Assembly: GCA_977018835.1 (NCBI GenBank)
Contig: OZ361260.1
Location: 2,976,001 to 3,040,000, forward strand
Length of the DNA stretch: 64,000 bases
From: Minutocellus sp. GHC0000111
Lineage: Eukaryota
Direction: 5' to 3'
In this document: piece by piece, positions 1-12,080 of the stretch
Numbering within the stretch: the first letter of the stretch is position 1
Layout of the letters: the number at the start of each line of letters is the position of its first letter
Program-made: the position numbers and the translations under genes
The notes under the pieces: generated by a model
The model's database searches: none
What the model was told of the DNA's origin: nothing
Seen by the model: only the letters and a program-made list of their open reading frames with translations

Positions 1-586
1 TAAATAGCTTGAACTTGCGCAGCGGTAAACCGAGACTGTACATGATAACAGCATGATCCTCATCCGAGGGTGAAGCTGCTGTAGATCGATAGGTGCGAAA
101 CTTGATAAGCTTTGGCCTGTCTTCTGGCTCTTCGCCCGATTGCCCTTCTTCTCCATCACCTTTCAATCTGTCACCGTTGTCGTTGTTGTCATCTCCTTCC
201 TTCATACTCACCATCATCGCTGGAGATTTCAGTTGCAAATGGACGCTCTCACTTGACGCGGAGTCACTACTACTGTAGTCACTACTACTGTTAGTCGATG
301 CATCGGCCACTTTTGATGACGATGTATCTTGGCCAACCTCCTCCGATGCCGCCGTGGCATCCGCACGACGCGGCCTGGGCCTGATGATGCCCGGCATCCT
401 GACAAGCTGCTGCTGCTGCTGCTGCTCTCCTCCGCCCCGGCAATCCCACGGAAAACGCCCTCGCCTGCCGCCACTGCCGTCGCCACCACCGCTGATTACT
501 GCGGTCGCCGGAACAAAGGCACCGGCAGATACCACCGCAACGGCAACGAAAAGGACCACCTGACGGTGGTATCTACTACTACTCAT
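1..586 (-). CDS. 5' part of a probable plastid-targeted protein (runs off the window edge)
   Basis: Manually read open frame from ATG 586 to the edge: MSSSRYHRQVVLFVAVAVVSAGA|FVPAT..., a signal peptide followed by an ASAFAP-type motif. Not in the ORF track because it has no stop in the window. Confidence 0.6.
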   Translation of the reverse strand, partial: MSSSRYHRQVVLFVAVAVVSAGAFVPATAVISGGGDGSGGRRGRFPWDCRGGGEQQQQQQLVRMPGIIRPRPRRADATAASEEVGQDTSSSKVADASTNSSSDYSSSDSASSESVHLQLKSPAMMVSMKEGDDNNDNGDRLKGDGEEGQSGEEPEDRPKLIKFRTYRSTAASPSDEDHAVIMYSLGLPLRKFKLF

Positions 587-946
587 GGTGTGGGCTCGCC
601 AGGTCTCTTGTTCTACGACGGGAATTTTGCAATTTATGACTGGTGTCGGTGGGAAGTCAAAGAAAATGTTGTGAGCGAGAATTTTGGGCGGCTCGGCCGG
701 CTTGTCGGCTGACTGATGGGAAGATCCTTTCAGGCACTACCAAGTGACTTGGTACATGTGGTCCATTTCAAGTGCCAGTTCTTCTACCACCGCCTGGCTC
801 TAGCGCTACGGATCTCAATCGGTCGGATCCTCTGAATCTTGTGCTGCCCGGCTGTTTCATCCTCAACGCAAGTGGACGAATCTTGGTCTCATTTATTTTG
901 AGCATCGGCAGTCAATAAGTAGTGACCAACAATTACAAGTCAAACG

Positions 947-2500
947 ATGAGTGACGACAATAATTATGGAAGCATGAAAGCGAAGAGCGCTAGTAGTAGT
1001 AGCTCCACCAACGTCGGTGCTGCCACGAAGAAGATGGGTGCCAGCGCAACCAAGTCAGTTCTGGGAGCTACCTCAGCCATTGGATCTGGAGTTGCCGGGG
1101 GCCTGTCAACCGTATCTACACTCGTGCTGGGCCCAGACGAGTTGACCCATGCTCAACTCCAATCCATCGAAAAGCGAAGGCGAGCAATTTTACTCCGGAG
1201 TGAATTACCTTTCTACAAAATGCTGACATTCTGGGACGGAACCTGCCTAAAGATCCTTGCCCTTGATCCACTCATGTGGCTGACGACGATTCTCTATGTC
1301 ATCATCCGCGTCCGAGCCAGAACAGGCCTCCCGGATTACTCGTATGTCGAGGCTCTCAGTTCCGGCAACATTGGGGTCCTCGGCACCTTCTTGTCCTTCT
1401 TCCTGGTATTCTTTGTCAACAATTCCAACAAGAGGTTTGATGATCAATACAATCTATCGATGGCTGCCAAGGGACGTATTTTGGATATTGCCTCGATCGC
1501 ACGCGGAACACTCCCAAAAGAGAGGGCCCTTAGAATCGTTCGATACCTGAATGCCAGTGTGAGTTGATTGAGATATGTCATGTTTATTATGCAAACAGTG
1601 GTATATGGAGGGATCGACCTGTTATGAAAATGGTTTTACTTGATTTGGAAGGGTACCTCGAAAGTTGGTTCTCACCATTATTCATTGCCACATTGTTATC
1701 CAATTTCTCTCTCGTACTCTTTAATTCAGCACGTTACGGCATACTGTGGTCTTTCGGATGCGTACAGCAAGGCCAATCTCTTTGATGAAATGCTGTCCCA
1801 GACCAAGTTTTTGACGCCCGCCCAAGAGGCTCGAATCAAAGCCTGTAATATGGATGCTGGCGGAAGTTGCTATCGTGAGCTCGTCTGCTGGGCCCAGCTT
1901 GAGGTTACAGACGCGGCCAAGGCTGGACTCATCGACGCAAGGACGGCTGTGATGTATCGTGATAAGTTGCTGGATTTCCAGGCTGCACTCTCCGGACTGT
2001 ACAACTTTGCAGATCAGCCAATCTCTTTCTTCTACGTCCACTTTATATCGCTTCTTTCAGCCATATATCTGCCTTTATTCTCTGTTTCTACCGCCTTCGA
2101 GGCTGGTACAGGCGCAACAGTGTATTGGACAGCAGACTTGGAAAATGGATTGATTGTTTTCCTCCAGTCCATTTTTGTTATTGGTTTGCGCGTCCTCGGA
2201 CAGAAACTTAGTGATCCTTATGGAAGCGACGTTGAAGATCTATCGGTGATATTCTATCTGAACTTTACGTTCACTCAAAGTAATCGCATTCTCGCCGCCG
2301 AAGCTCCGTCGCAGCCAGACGACCAAGACCCTGTAGCAGTTGAAGAGGAAATTGTCAAAGAAAGAGTTACCGTCGGAGCAGCTTGGGATGGCGAGGAAGT
2401 CAAGGATGGCTACGCTGCCGGCCAAGAGCCTATTCTGAACGAAAAAGGAGAAGTGGTTGATGAGGTCGAAACTCCCAGCCAAGGATGTATTGTTCAGTGA
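947..2500 (+). CDS. Bestrophin-family channel, 2 exons (947-1558, 1730-2500)
   Basis: Motifs FLSFFLVFF..N..RF and GLRVLGQKLSDPYGSDVEDL. GT-AG intron 1559-1729 joins RYLNAS|HVTAYCGL in frame. Confidence 0.85.
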
Positions 2501-2673
2501 TGCTACTTGAGAGATTTTCAACATTTCTTCATGTATCATTTCTTTGTGCGATTTCGTGTTTTAAAAAATAGTTATCAATGTCTTTCGACATGGGGTGTGC
2601 ATTCTTATGAATCGCAATCAGGTCCACCTCGCCATGCTAAGCTCTTTGTGCGGATACTTACGTTGTGTCAAAA

Positions 2674-4102
2674 CTAGAGGAAGAGTCCCACAACCAGCGC
2701 AACGATGGAGAATCCCACAAAGTCCGAGCTGCTCGTGAAGGCCCCGGGTGATGTGGTATCCTCGGGGGGCATGGTGGTGTTGCCATCCTCTGGCATGGTT
2801 TCGTTGCCCATCGCAGGAGGTTCGGTCATGTTGCCACCAGAAAGCTGCTCCTCAACACGAGCTTGCATCTCGGCAATCGAGCCACCACCAGCACACTGCG
2901 CGAGCTTGCCGATTATGGCGGGGTCTAGGGTAGAAAGTACACCCTGAATACACTGCATGTCAATGTCCATGGTCTCTTCAGTAACACAGGCGCCAAGTTT
3001 CTCAACGATACTGCTGGGATCCATGCCAGCATCCATGCCAGGGTCGGTCTCATTACCAGCGCCCATCATCTGGAGCTTTTCAAGGGCAGCAGCAAAGGCC
3101 TCACTCTGGTCCGCTGGCGAGGCACCTTGATCAATAGCAGTAGCGACTGCAGCCGCCTCCTGGGCGGGCGACAGGCACTGGAGGAACTCATTGCAGTCAG
3201 AGGGAACTCCGCAGTAGGGAAACGTATACTTTACGCAGCACGAGCCGGCATTATCGGCAGCACATCCCAGGTTCGTGGTGCAAGGCCCTCCCTTTGCCTA
3301 CGCTCGAAAAATAAATATGTATAAGTAAGGGATAATGGGGGGATGCAGGGAAAATGTCAATATATTTTGCAGAAGTCAATCTTTGAGGATCCGCACAGTT
3401 GCTACGACGCAGAATGGCATTAGCAGAATGAACTCACCAAGTATCCCTCCCAGGTCTCACTCCGAGGAGGGCAGCCATCGTAGTACGCTCCACCGCCATC
3501 CGCGCGGGCCAGCAGCACCTGGAACTCTTCGTTCGTGGCCGGAGTGTCGCTCATGGCGCTGACACTAAAGGGGGCGCCGTTGCCCGCACCTCGGCACTGA
3601 AGGAACTCGTTGCAGTCGGATGGGACGCCGCAGTAACCAACGTGATAGTTGACGCAGCACTCGCCGTCGTTCTGGCAGTGATTGTCGGTCATGCAGCACC
3701 GTGGGTTCCTCCAGCGTTGCCAATCTGAACGATCAATAAGTGGTGAGGAATAGATGAAGCACATCAAAACATACATGGTTAGAAGCGGCATCGGCACGAT
3801 GGCATGCAAAAGTAAAAGTACTTGATCGCAGTCAAGTAATTGGATCCAGCTAGTGCATGAATTAAACAACAAAGTCACCAAGATGCGCCCACATAAAATC
3901 TACATGATGGAGCAGGAGGGGCTCAAAGCGAAGGTGCGGCGAAGGTGTGAAAAGCCCGTCACGCATCGGCACATGACACCACGTGTTGGCATCCGGCGCA
4001 GCATCAACTCACCCAATCCTCAAGCGTGAGGTCAGTCGACGGACAGCCGCCCTTGGCGGCGACCGACGTGGCAAGAAGGAAAAGGGCAGCAAGGCGGTAC
4101 AT
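2674..4102 (-). CDS. Secreted, membrane- or GPI-anchored protein with two Cys-rich repeats; 3 exons (4102-4013, ~3724-3438, 3297-2674)
   Basis: Signal peptide MYRLAALFLLATSVAA, two copies of CC-x6-YCGVPSDCNEFLQC, hydrophobic C-terminus. The exon2/3 junction is clean; the exon1/2 junction needs a 1-nt frame correction. Confidence 0.6.
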
Positions 4103-4387
4103 GGTCTCTATTTTGGGTGTATCGTTGACAATAACAACTCCAGTGCAGCACGGCCAGCAGCCAAGCCAGCAACAAAGCAAGCCAACAACCAATTGCAACA
4201 ACAGAAAGATTTCATGGGATCGGCGTCGTACGTACCGATACCGCGTACATAAAGGGGACCCGGAAATAAATCAGAGAGGGCCTGTCCTTCGTTCGTTCTG
4301 CCCACCCGTTCATTTCCATTCCCCCCTCATCTTTCGAAGAATAGCGAAAGAGGAGAGAGCGCAGGCAGAGATAGATTGAGAGCAGAG

Positions 4388-5201
4388 ATGATACGATCAG
4401 TGACCACAAGAGGTGCCTCGTCCTCTGCACTGGGGGCGGCGGCCAATCGATCGCGTCAGGCGGCCTCCGCTTGGATTGGTGCAACAACACATCATGGCGC
4501 CGGTTCGGTGCACTCTGCCCACGAGTCACTGTCCACCCTCGCTGGTAATGCTGCTGGCGGCATTATCACCAACAGCCAAAGAGACGAGGATGAGCAAAGA
4601 CGAAGGTTGCAGATCAACCCCATTTCAATTTCTGCCGCTGATGCCGCGAACATGCACCAGCTGCAGACATATCGCTCCTATCATGCCACGTCGGCCGCCG
4701 AACGGGGAGGGCCGGCTCTTGCCCTCGGCCTGGGCGCCGTCGCGGCAGTGGCCAAGGCCGGACAGTACGCAGCGCGAGCCTACAACCAGTACCAGATCGA
4801 GGCGAGGGAGGCCGCCGAGGCCGAAGCGCAGCGACGGAAGGAGCAGGGCCTGCCCAGCGAGGAGGAGGAGCGTGCCCAGCAGGAGGCCGAGGAAGCCGCT
4901 CAGGCAAAGGCGAAGACCGATGCCAAGGCCAAGGGCGACGAGGGACCGAGGGAGAACATCTTCAACAAGTTCTTCAACATGGGCGTTGGGTCCAAGTTCT
5001 ACGAGGGCGGATTCGAGGAGGAGATGACTCGGAGGGAGGCTGCCCTCATCCTCGGAGTGCGGGAAAGTTCGACGCCCAAGCGGATTAAGGAGGCGCATCG
5101 CAAGCTTTTGGTTCTGAACCATCCCTACCGGTGGCAGCACGTACATGGCTGGAAAAATCAACGAGGCAAAGGAGCTCCTTCTGAAGGGACGCAAGGCATA
5201 G
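4388..5201 (+). CDS. PAM18: Mitochondrial import J-protein PAM18/TIM14, frameshifted at the HPD motif
   Basis: FYEGGFEEEMTRREAALILGV...IKEAHRKLLVLNHP, then in the shifted frame TGGSTYMAGKINEAKELL..tag. Two nt are missing from the Asp codon at about 5126. Confidence 0.85.
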
Positions 5202-5598
5202 AAAGAAGAAGTAGAAGAAGAGAGGAGGATGGCATGTGTGGTCGACATGACACTTTGTTTTTTCTTTCAGGAGAGTGTAATAGAAATTTTAACGTATGAA
5301 TGCAAAACAGCCCATGTTAACTGCACTTATTTGCAAGTAGATATATGATGCACTGTGCACTGACCCAAGAGTAATGTTTCCTCTGATAGAAGTTATTAGA
5401 ACACTCCTGAGAAAAGATACAAATGGTTTACTTTTAGAAATACAATCTCTCCAAGCACCAGAGTATAGATGAATACCAAGGCGGTACATTCCATGATGGC
5501 TTGGCGTGTTCATCGGATTCATCCCGAACAAATATACTAGTATCGCCACTGCAACCATGGTATTTTGAATTTCCGAATTCATTTGACAAATCTTCTAG

Positions 5599-6099
5599 CT
5601 AGACGATCTCGATGTTTGCAGCGGAAACATAGTCGGTCTGGATGTTGTCGTTGAGATTGATGGTGGGAGTCTTCTTGATGCGAACTCGTCGGCGATGCTC
5701 CAGGACACCAAGAGCAGCGAAGATGACGGTGGCAGATCCAGCGGCACTGGCGACATAAGCCATGTTCATTTCGTTCTCCTCCTCGAGATCATCTCCTCCC
5801 TCCTCATCTTCGACGGCTTGATAAGCTTCTGCCTCCTCGACATCTTCATCCTCATCTTCGTCCTCAGAGTCCTCAGAGTCGTCAGAGTCCTCCTCTTCTT
5901 CCTCGTCCTCATCAGAATCATCGCCAGGAAGCTTTCGGTGCATATCATTGGCACTTAGCACGGAAGAAGCAGCGGATGAATCGAGACTCGCCGCGACGAC
6001 AACGTCGGCTTCGTTGGCGTCGGTGGCGATAGCGGCCTCGCTAACGCTGGTGGCTACAGCAAGAATGGTGAGGAATAAGGTGGCTGCATTGAACCTCAT
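5599..6099 (-). CDS. Small type-I membrane protein: signal peptide, RXL site, D/E/S-rich tract, TM helix
   Basis: MRFNAATLFLTILAVA..., HRKL then PGDDSDEDEEEEEDSDDSEDSEDEDED, hydrophobic AYVASAAGSATVIFAALGVL, basic RRRVR. Confidence 0.7.
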   Translation of the reverse strand: MRFNAATLFLTILAVATSVSEAAIATDANEADVVVAASLDSSAASSVLSANDMHRKLPGDDSDEDEEEEEDSDDSEDSEDEDEDEDVEEAEAYQAVEDEEGGDDLEEENEMNMAYVASAAGSATVIFAALGVLEHRRRVRIKKTPTINLNDNIQTDYVSAANIEIV

Positions 6100-6404
6100 T
6101 GTGGAAGTATTATCTAAAAGAAGTTAGAACGGCGTTTGGTGGGAGAGATTTGGGCATGGGATTTGAGCGATTGTCGATTGTGCTGTCAGTTGCGCCCTTG
6201 GCCAAACCGATCTCGCCATCGTTGAAATCTTGGCACAGACAAAATACCCCCTCGGCAGATCGAAAATTTTAGAATATGAGGTCTTATCTTAGACACTAGA
6301 AAGCTTCATCCTAGTGCTGGCTGGCTGACTGGCTGATGAAATGGCTGGAAAGACGAGTTCACAGTACCGGTATCACATCAATCAGCATACCCAGATTTAT
6401 CCAT

Positions 6405-7394
6405 CTATTTGAGCTCTCCGCTGTCCTTGATGGTGATGGTGCTGCTGGGCTTGCCACTGTTGGAGCCCTCGGCCTCGATCTTCTTGACAACGTCCTCTCC
6501 CTCGAGGACCTTGCCGAAGACGACGTGACGGCCATCGAGCCAGGCGGGTCTTGACGGTGGTGATGAAGACTGTTGCAATTTTCAAGGAGCACACATTCAA
6601 AAGTAAAATCGAAGAACGAATATATTGAGTTGTTGGAACGAAAGTAGTTCAGAATAATTGGAATTGGAAAAACAATATATGTAGGAGGCAGGCAATGCTG
6701 CCAAAGAGGCCCATGACGATGCGTCCGGCATCGGCGTCACCGATCTGAACGTCAAAGAAGACCTTGCTGGTGATCTTCTCGAGGTCCCTGCATCACGTCG
6801 CATGACAAAAAAGAGGAAACGCATAGAATGACCAGGTGAGAGATGAAATTAAAAAGCTGGCTCAACACAAGCCCTTAGCCGAAACCGAGCAAATCCTTTC
6901 GAAAAGGAACCACGCAATGTCATCGGTGCCCTGTCCTCTCCCGAACCAACAATGGAAGAGAGAAGGTACGATGTCCCGTGGAACGTGTATCTTTTCATTC
7001 TTTGACGGTCCTGGACAAACGATGGACGAAATGCACGAACGCAGGATAAGATACGCCCCGACCTGCATCAGCCCAACTGACATATCGCGCTACCAAAGCA
7101 TTCTGGATAACAACCATTATGTCCACTAGGCCTGCCAATGTCCTGCCTGCAACTGGCGGGAGCATCCTACTCATCCATTAACACCGGCACTGCACCATCT
7201 CATTGCATTGTTCCGGTCTTTTTGAGGGAGGGTGCAGAAAGTTCCTTCTCGATCTCATTCTTCATTCACCGTCTCTAGCAGCGATCATTGGGGATCCCCA
7301 ACCTCTATAAAAGGCAAATACCCTCGTCGGAAACTCACTCGGCGTTGACGACGAGGGCCAGGAGGGCGGCGAAGAGGTAGGTGAACGATCTCAT
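6405..7394 (-). pseudogene. ER cyclophilin (CypB-like) with its catalytic core deleted
   Basis: Exon1 7394-7339 MRSFTYLFAALLALVVNAE. Exon2 6787-6691 [32 protein letters not shown], then breaks into intron-like DNA. Last exon 6569-6405 [23 protein letters not shown]...SGELK* with a +1 frameshift. Confidence 0.8.
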
Positions 7395-7653
7395 GGTTGC
7401 TAATTATTGTTGGAAAATGGCCCCGGCCGGCTCGGCTGACTTGTTTCCGCGTGGAAGTTAATCCCGCGAAGCTTTTCAGCATGCTGGTCCCGCCCAATCG
7501 AAAGCGCTCGGTCGCGTCGGCGAACCAAACTCTGCCCAGGCTGTATTGCCCTTTCTTGCATTGCCCGGGCGGTATTGTGGCGAATATTGCGATCCTCTTC
7601 CGGTCGAGCTCAGGCGGTATTGTATCTCGGCCATGCTTCGGCATCCTTCGTCG

Positions 7654-8595
7654 ATGGCCCTCATTTATATTGCCATCGCAGCATTAGTCCTCCTCCCCAT
7701 TGGTGCAGCCGCTACAGTGGCCTTTTCTCCACCAATGCATTCCATCGTTTCTCGTGCCTTCAACAAGTTGGAGGGTTACGTTGCCAAGCGGAAGGTCAAC
7801 GCCAACCTAGACACCAAGACCGACAAGTACGTCACCGGTCCAGACTCGGAATACGAGTATGCCGCCAGCCAGCCCAATTTTGACCATTCACTATGGGACA
7901 ATGTGGTAAAGAAACACGTCACTTCCGGCGAGGTGGAGGGCATCACGACCAATGTCGTCGACTACCGCGCCATTGCCGAAGACAGTGATTTTGACAAATA
8001 CCAGGAAGCTCTTGCCGGTGCCGATTTGAATGATCTCGCGACAAAGCCCAACGAGCTTTTGGCGTTATACATTAACGCCTACAATGCCCTTTGCATCTCA
8101 CATGTGACTCGTTACATCAAAGAGAATGATGGCACTTTGCCCACATCGGTAACCAAAACTACGCCCAGCGAAGAGAAAGGGAAGGAAATTTGGGACTGTC
8201 CCGTGGGCATTGTTGGTGGAAAGAAGGTAACTCTTAACGATATTGAGAATGTGATCCTCAGATCGCGATGGGCCGAGCCTCGGATTCACGCCAGCATCAA
8301 CTGTGCATCGGCGTCGTGCCCAAATCTTCGCACGGAGGCCTTTGTCCCCCACAAGCTCAACGCACAGATGGACGACCAAACCAAGACTTGGATCGCCGAT
8401 GCCACCAAGGGAATGAAAGTGGAGAAGGATGAACTTTACCTCTCCCGCATCTTCCTGTGGTTTGCGGGTGATTTCGATGTTCAAGGTGGAGCGCTTGCCT
8501 TCCTCTCGAAATATGCCGACAGCAAGATTTCAGCGGCCCTGGAAGACAAGAAGGTTGATTACTTTCCATACAATTGGAATTTGAATACAAAGTAG
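7654..8595 (+). CDS. DUF547 family protein
   Basis: LALYINAYNA, EPRIHASINCASASCPNL, LSRIFLWFAGDF and YNWNLN motifs; N-terminal hydrophobic segment. Confidence 0.85.
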   Translation: MALIYIAIAALVLLPIGAAATVAFSPPMHSIVSRAFNKLEGYVAKRKVNANLDTKTDKYVTGPDSEYEYAASQPNFDHSLWDNVVKKHVTSGEVEGITTNVVDYRAIAEDSDFDKYQEALAGADLNDLATKPNELLALYINAYNALCISHVTRYIKENDGTLPTSVTKTTPSEEKGKEIWDCPVGIVGGKKVTLNDIENVILRSRWAEPRIHASINCASASCPNLRTEAFVPHKLNAQMDDQTKTWIADATKGMKVEKDELYLSRIFLWFAGDFDVQGGALAFLSKYADSKISAALEDKKVDYFPYNWNLNTK

Positions 8596-8667
8596 TCCTA
8601 ATGGGAAATAATTCATGTATATGCAAAAATAAATCCAACATTCTCTCCACATCCAACCTAGCTAGGC

Positions 8668-11488
8668 CTACTGCGCCGCCTCTTCTACCGCCTCCTCATT
8701 ATTCATCACATCTTCCCCAAAATATTCCTCTTCTCCTTCATTCTTACTGCCTACTTGCTCCCCAGCACCATCGTTTGGGTCAACCCAACCAGCAGGGGCA
8801 ACGTCCTTGAAGTTGGGCGGGTACTTCGTTTTCACCTTGAGGGATGGCTGCAGATATTGATCGTGAAGCCACTCATATGTAATGCCTTCGGTTTGGTGTT
8901 GATTATCCGCTTCGACAGAATCTCCAGCGGGGAGGAAGGCGGTCACCAAGTAGTGACGCTCCCGAAAATATCGATCGAAAATGATGGAATACACGATTAG
9001 AGGCACTAGGAGAATTCCCGCAATGTATCCTTCCTTGAGAAGAATGACAGCAAGAAGAATGATCTCGGCGATGATCATGCTGATAATAGAAAGCTTTGTG
9101 AAGTTGATCCATAACTTCCCTCCACTGTCATTGGCAGGGGGGTAGATGTAAATGAACTGATTGCGAAATGATTCCGTCACCACGGCGAAGACAAGTAGGG
9201 TGAAATAAGAAGTGATGGGTGCCATGCATGAATACACATACAGCACCATCATGAGTAGAATCGTTTTGGCGCCAAGCTCTCGTCCAAAGTAGTACTCCAA
9301 GGGATCTGAAAGAGAGCGGATGCCCATGAATGTCGAGTTGCTTTCCTTTTCGGTCAGATTAAAACCAATCAGCTTGATGACTATCTTTCGGACAATGTTT
9401 TGGACTACCGGGCTGATGCGAAGGAGTTCCATGCCAATTGCAAGTAGATTTTGCACTAAAATGAGCTGAATAAAGTAACCTGCTTGTGCCGGCAAGGCTT
9501 CGGCAACAAGAGCAACACCAGATATAGGATCGTTGATGATATCTGTTTGGTTTCAGAATGAAATAGAAGGAAGCGACAACAGAAAGGTGATTAGAGATGA
9601 GATAGATTTTTTTTATCGAGAACTGCTTTTTCTGAATCCAATCAAATACTCACCCTCAATCGAAGACCAAAGACTGCCCGAAATGGTACTGATGAAAAAG
9701 GTTTGAATGAGAGTGAAGAATGCCAATTTTGAAAAGAGACTTGGGTGCTGCATCGACTCAATCTCGACTAGGCACTCTAGCTTGACAAATGCAAGCAAAA
9801 TATGCGGGAGAAGAGAGATGAAAATGGTCAAAATAAGGGGAGCCAGCTGTGCCAACAAGTTGGCAAACCACGGGTACTTCATTACCGGATCCAGTAGGAA
9901 TGGAAAGATTTCAGTCAAAGCCTCGACATTAGAAAGCGACGCAACAAAAGACACAGGTATCGTCCAAAAGACGCAGAGCAGAACCGTCAAAAAGAGGCTA
10001 ATGAGTTGCCCCATCTTTCTCTTTCGGTTTCCAATTGACGAATTGCGGATTGGGTGGTTCGGCCGGAACAAATTCCCAAGGCTCGGAGCTATGGACTGCT
10101 CGGAGCTATGGACTGCCTGACGCGCGAGATTGGTAGAAGCGAGATCCTTGAATGTGACAAAGGCCGCTGTTTGGGCTTTTCCATCATCATCGCCCTGCAA
10201 AATACTAGACAATTTCGACGAAAGCCTTTTCGACGTATCTGAAATCAAACTTCTCTTGCGTTTCGCTTCTCCATTTGCACCGCCCTCTTTTCCCCCTCCA
10301 GACGGGTCTTTCATTTCAAGAGCCGATTCTCCCAACTCTGCGTCTTCTTCCGCCAAAATTGCCTCAGGATCAGCTGCTGCCTCGCGACCGCGGGCTTCTT
10401 TAAGAGCTACAATTCTATCGATTTCTTCAGATATATCCTCGTTGAGCTGTTCCAACTCTTCAGTGTACGCAGGGATGCTCTCAACCTTATTCCCTCCACA
10501 CATTTTGGTCTTGTGCATTGGTGTCTCGCCCTTAATGGTCGAGATGTTGATTGCATGCTCGAGCTTGGCAACAAGGGCATCCCGACGGGCCACTTTCTTA
10601 TCCAATTTGGGAATATCTAGAGCTACGTCACCATCAATCACGACATCTTCTCCTGTGAAGCTTCGGAAATACTGCTGAAGAGCCTCATCGCTCCGCAAAC
10701 TCTCCGGAATAGATGAAATAAAAAGGGAGTAATTCTGAGCCCTCTTCTTCGCAAGGAAGCGGTGACGCATGGTCGTGAACCACTCAATGTCCTTGTCGAT
10801 CAAATGCATGGCAACCCCGAAGATAATGTAGGCAGCAACGGTTGTGGCAATGGTACCAAGATTTCCCTGCTTCATATTCGACAAACTCAATTCCTTCACT
10901 GGATCATAGTCGGCCGTCGTCACCTGATCGCCGGCGAATTTATAAACTGGGAATAGGAAGATCGAAACGAAACCACCAACTAACGACATTTTGACACCAA
11001 ATTCAAATAGTCGAAGTGTTGTTGCAGCATCCATTCCACATTCTTCCGCAATGGTATGGTATGAGACGCCAAAGACTTTCCAGATCCAGCTTATTGGACC
11101 GTGAAACTCCTACTTATTTGTTCGTTGATGCATGGGCGTGAGAATAAAGAAAGCGTGAGAAAGCTGAGAAAGAAAAGGGCCGAGATCTCTGCAGACGCAG
11201 AAATGAAGACTCACCTCCGCAAGAGGCGTTGCGAGTTCAGGGTAGGTCTTCTTGAGATTGAAGACTTCCGGCTTCATATTACGAACGAGAAGAAAGAGAA
11301 AGAACAAGATGGCAAAGAGATACTGCCAAAAAAGGCTTGCAAGTTGTCCTGAGTATTTCGGTATCTGTAAGAGCGGCAGTTTCAGTAAAGTTCGTCTGCA
11401 GCAATCGATGATCGTCCTCCTGAAGGAGGTCGCCGCCATCATTCATCTGCAGGGCATCGTCGTCGGCATGCATGTAGAAGGACTCCAT
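8668..11488 (-). CDS. OSCA/TMEM63 (CSC1/ERD4) mechanosensitive channel; exons ~11488-11215, 11109-9654, 9542-8668; carries indels
   Basis: CGMDAATTLR, AAFVTF, FWTIPVSFVASLS, LPAQAGYF, YSCMAPI and QFIYIY...DSGGKLW motifs. GT-AG introns join in frame. Frame disturbances near 11330 and 10030-10114. Confidence 0.85.
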
Positions 11489-12080
11489 GGTGGCAAGGTA
11501 GCCAAAAGTGAGCTCATCTATCTTTTTGTGCGAGGTTCAATTCACCGACTCGCTCGACTCGACTCACCCCAAAGCGCAGGGTCGGTAGACAAAATCAGCA
11601 GGGGAATTTAGTGTTCATAAGTTGAGACTGCCTTCCGTGCTTGAATGCGCTGAGTAGTTAACCGGTTATGCGGGTGCGAGTCCCGTAGCATTCTTTTAGC
11701 AGTGTTGGGAATTCGCATTCCTGGCAGAATTCGATTATTACAGAAACTTCGCCGGCGGCGTAATGCTATCAGTCGGAGAGCTGACACATATAGATCTATC
11801 GATATACAATTGTGCTTGGCTAACTAGCCAGCCCTATAACTTAGCTAACAGTCCTCAGAGGAGATGCCGTTGCAACGACACTTAACTTGACAAGATGGGC
11901 CATTTCAGCCGTTGCCACTGACGTATCTGCTTACGTACGGCAGACAGACGAAAACCCCGGCTGATTTTCTCTATCGGTCCCAGCAGGCGGGATGGCGATC
12001 GAGGCGGGATCGGGAGGCGCGGCCTCTCGGCGAGGAGGAGATTCCATCATCAGCTACGGTACGGGTACTCGTAATGTGTC

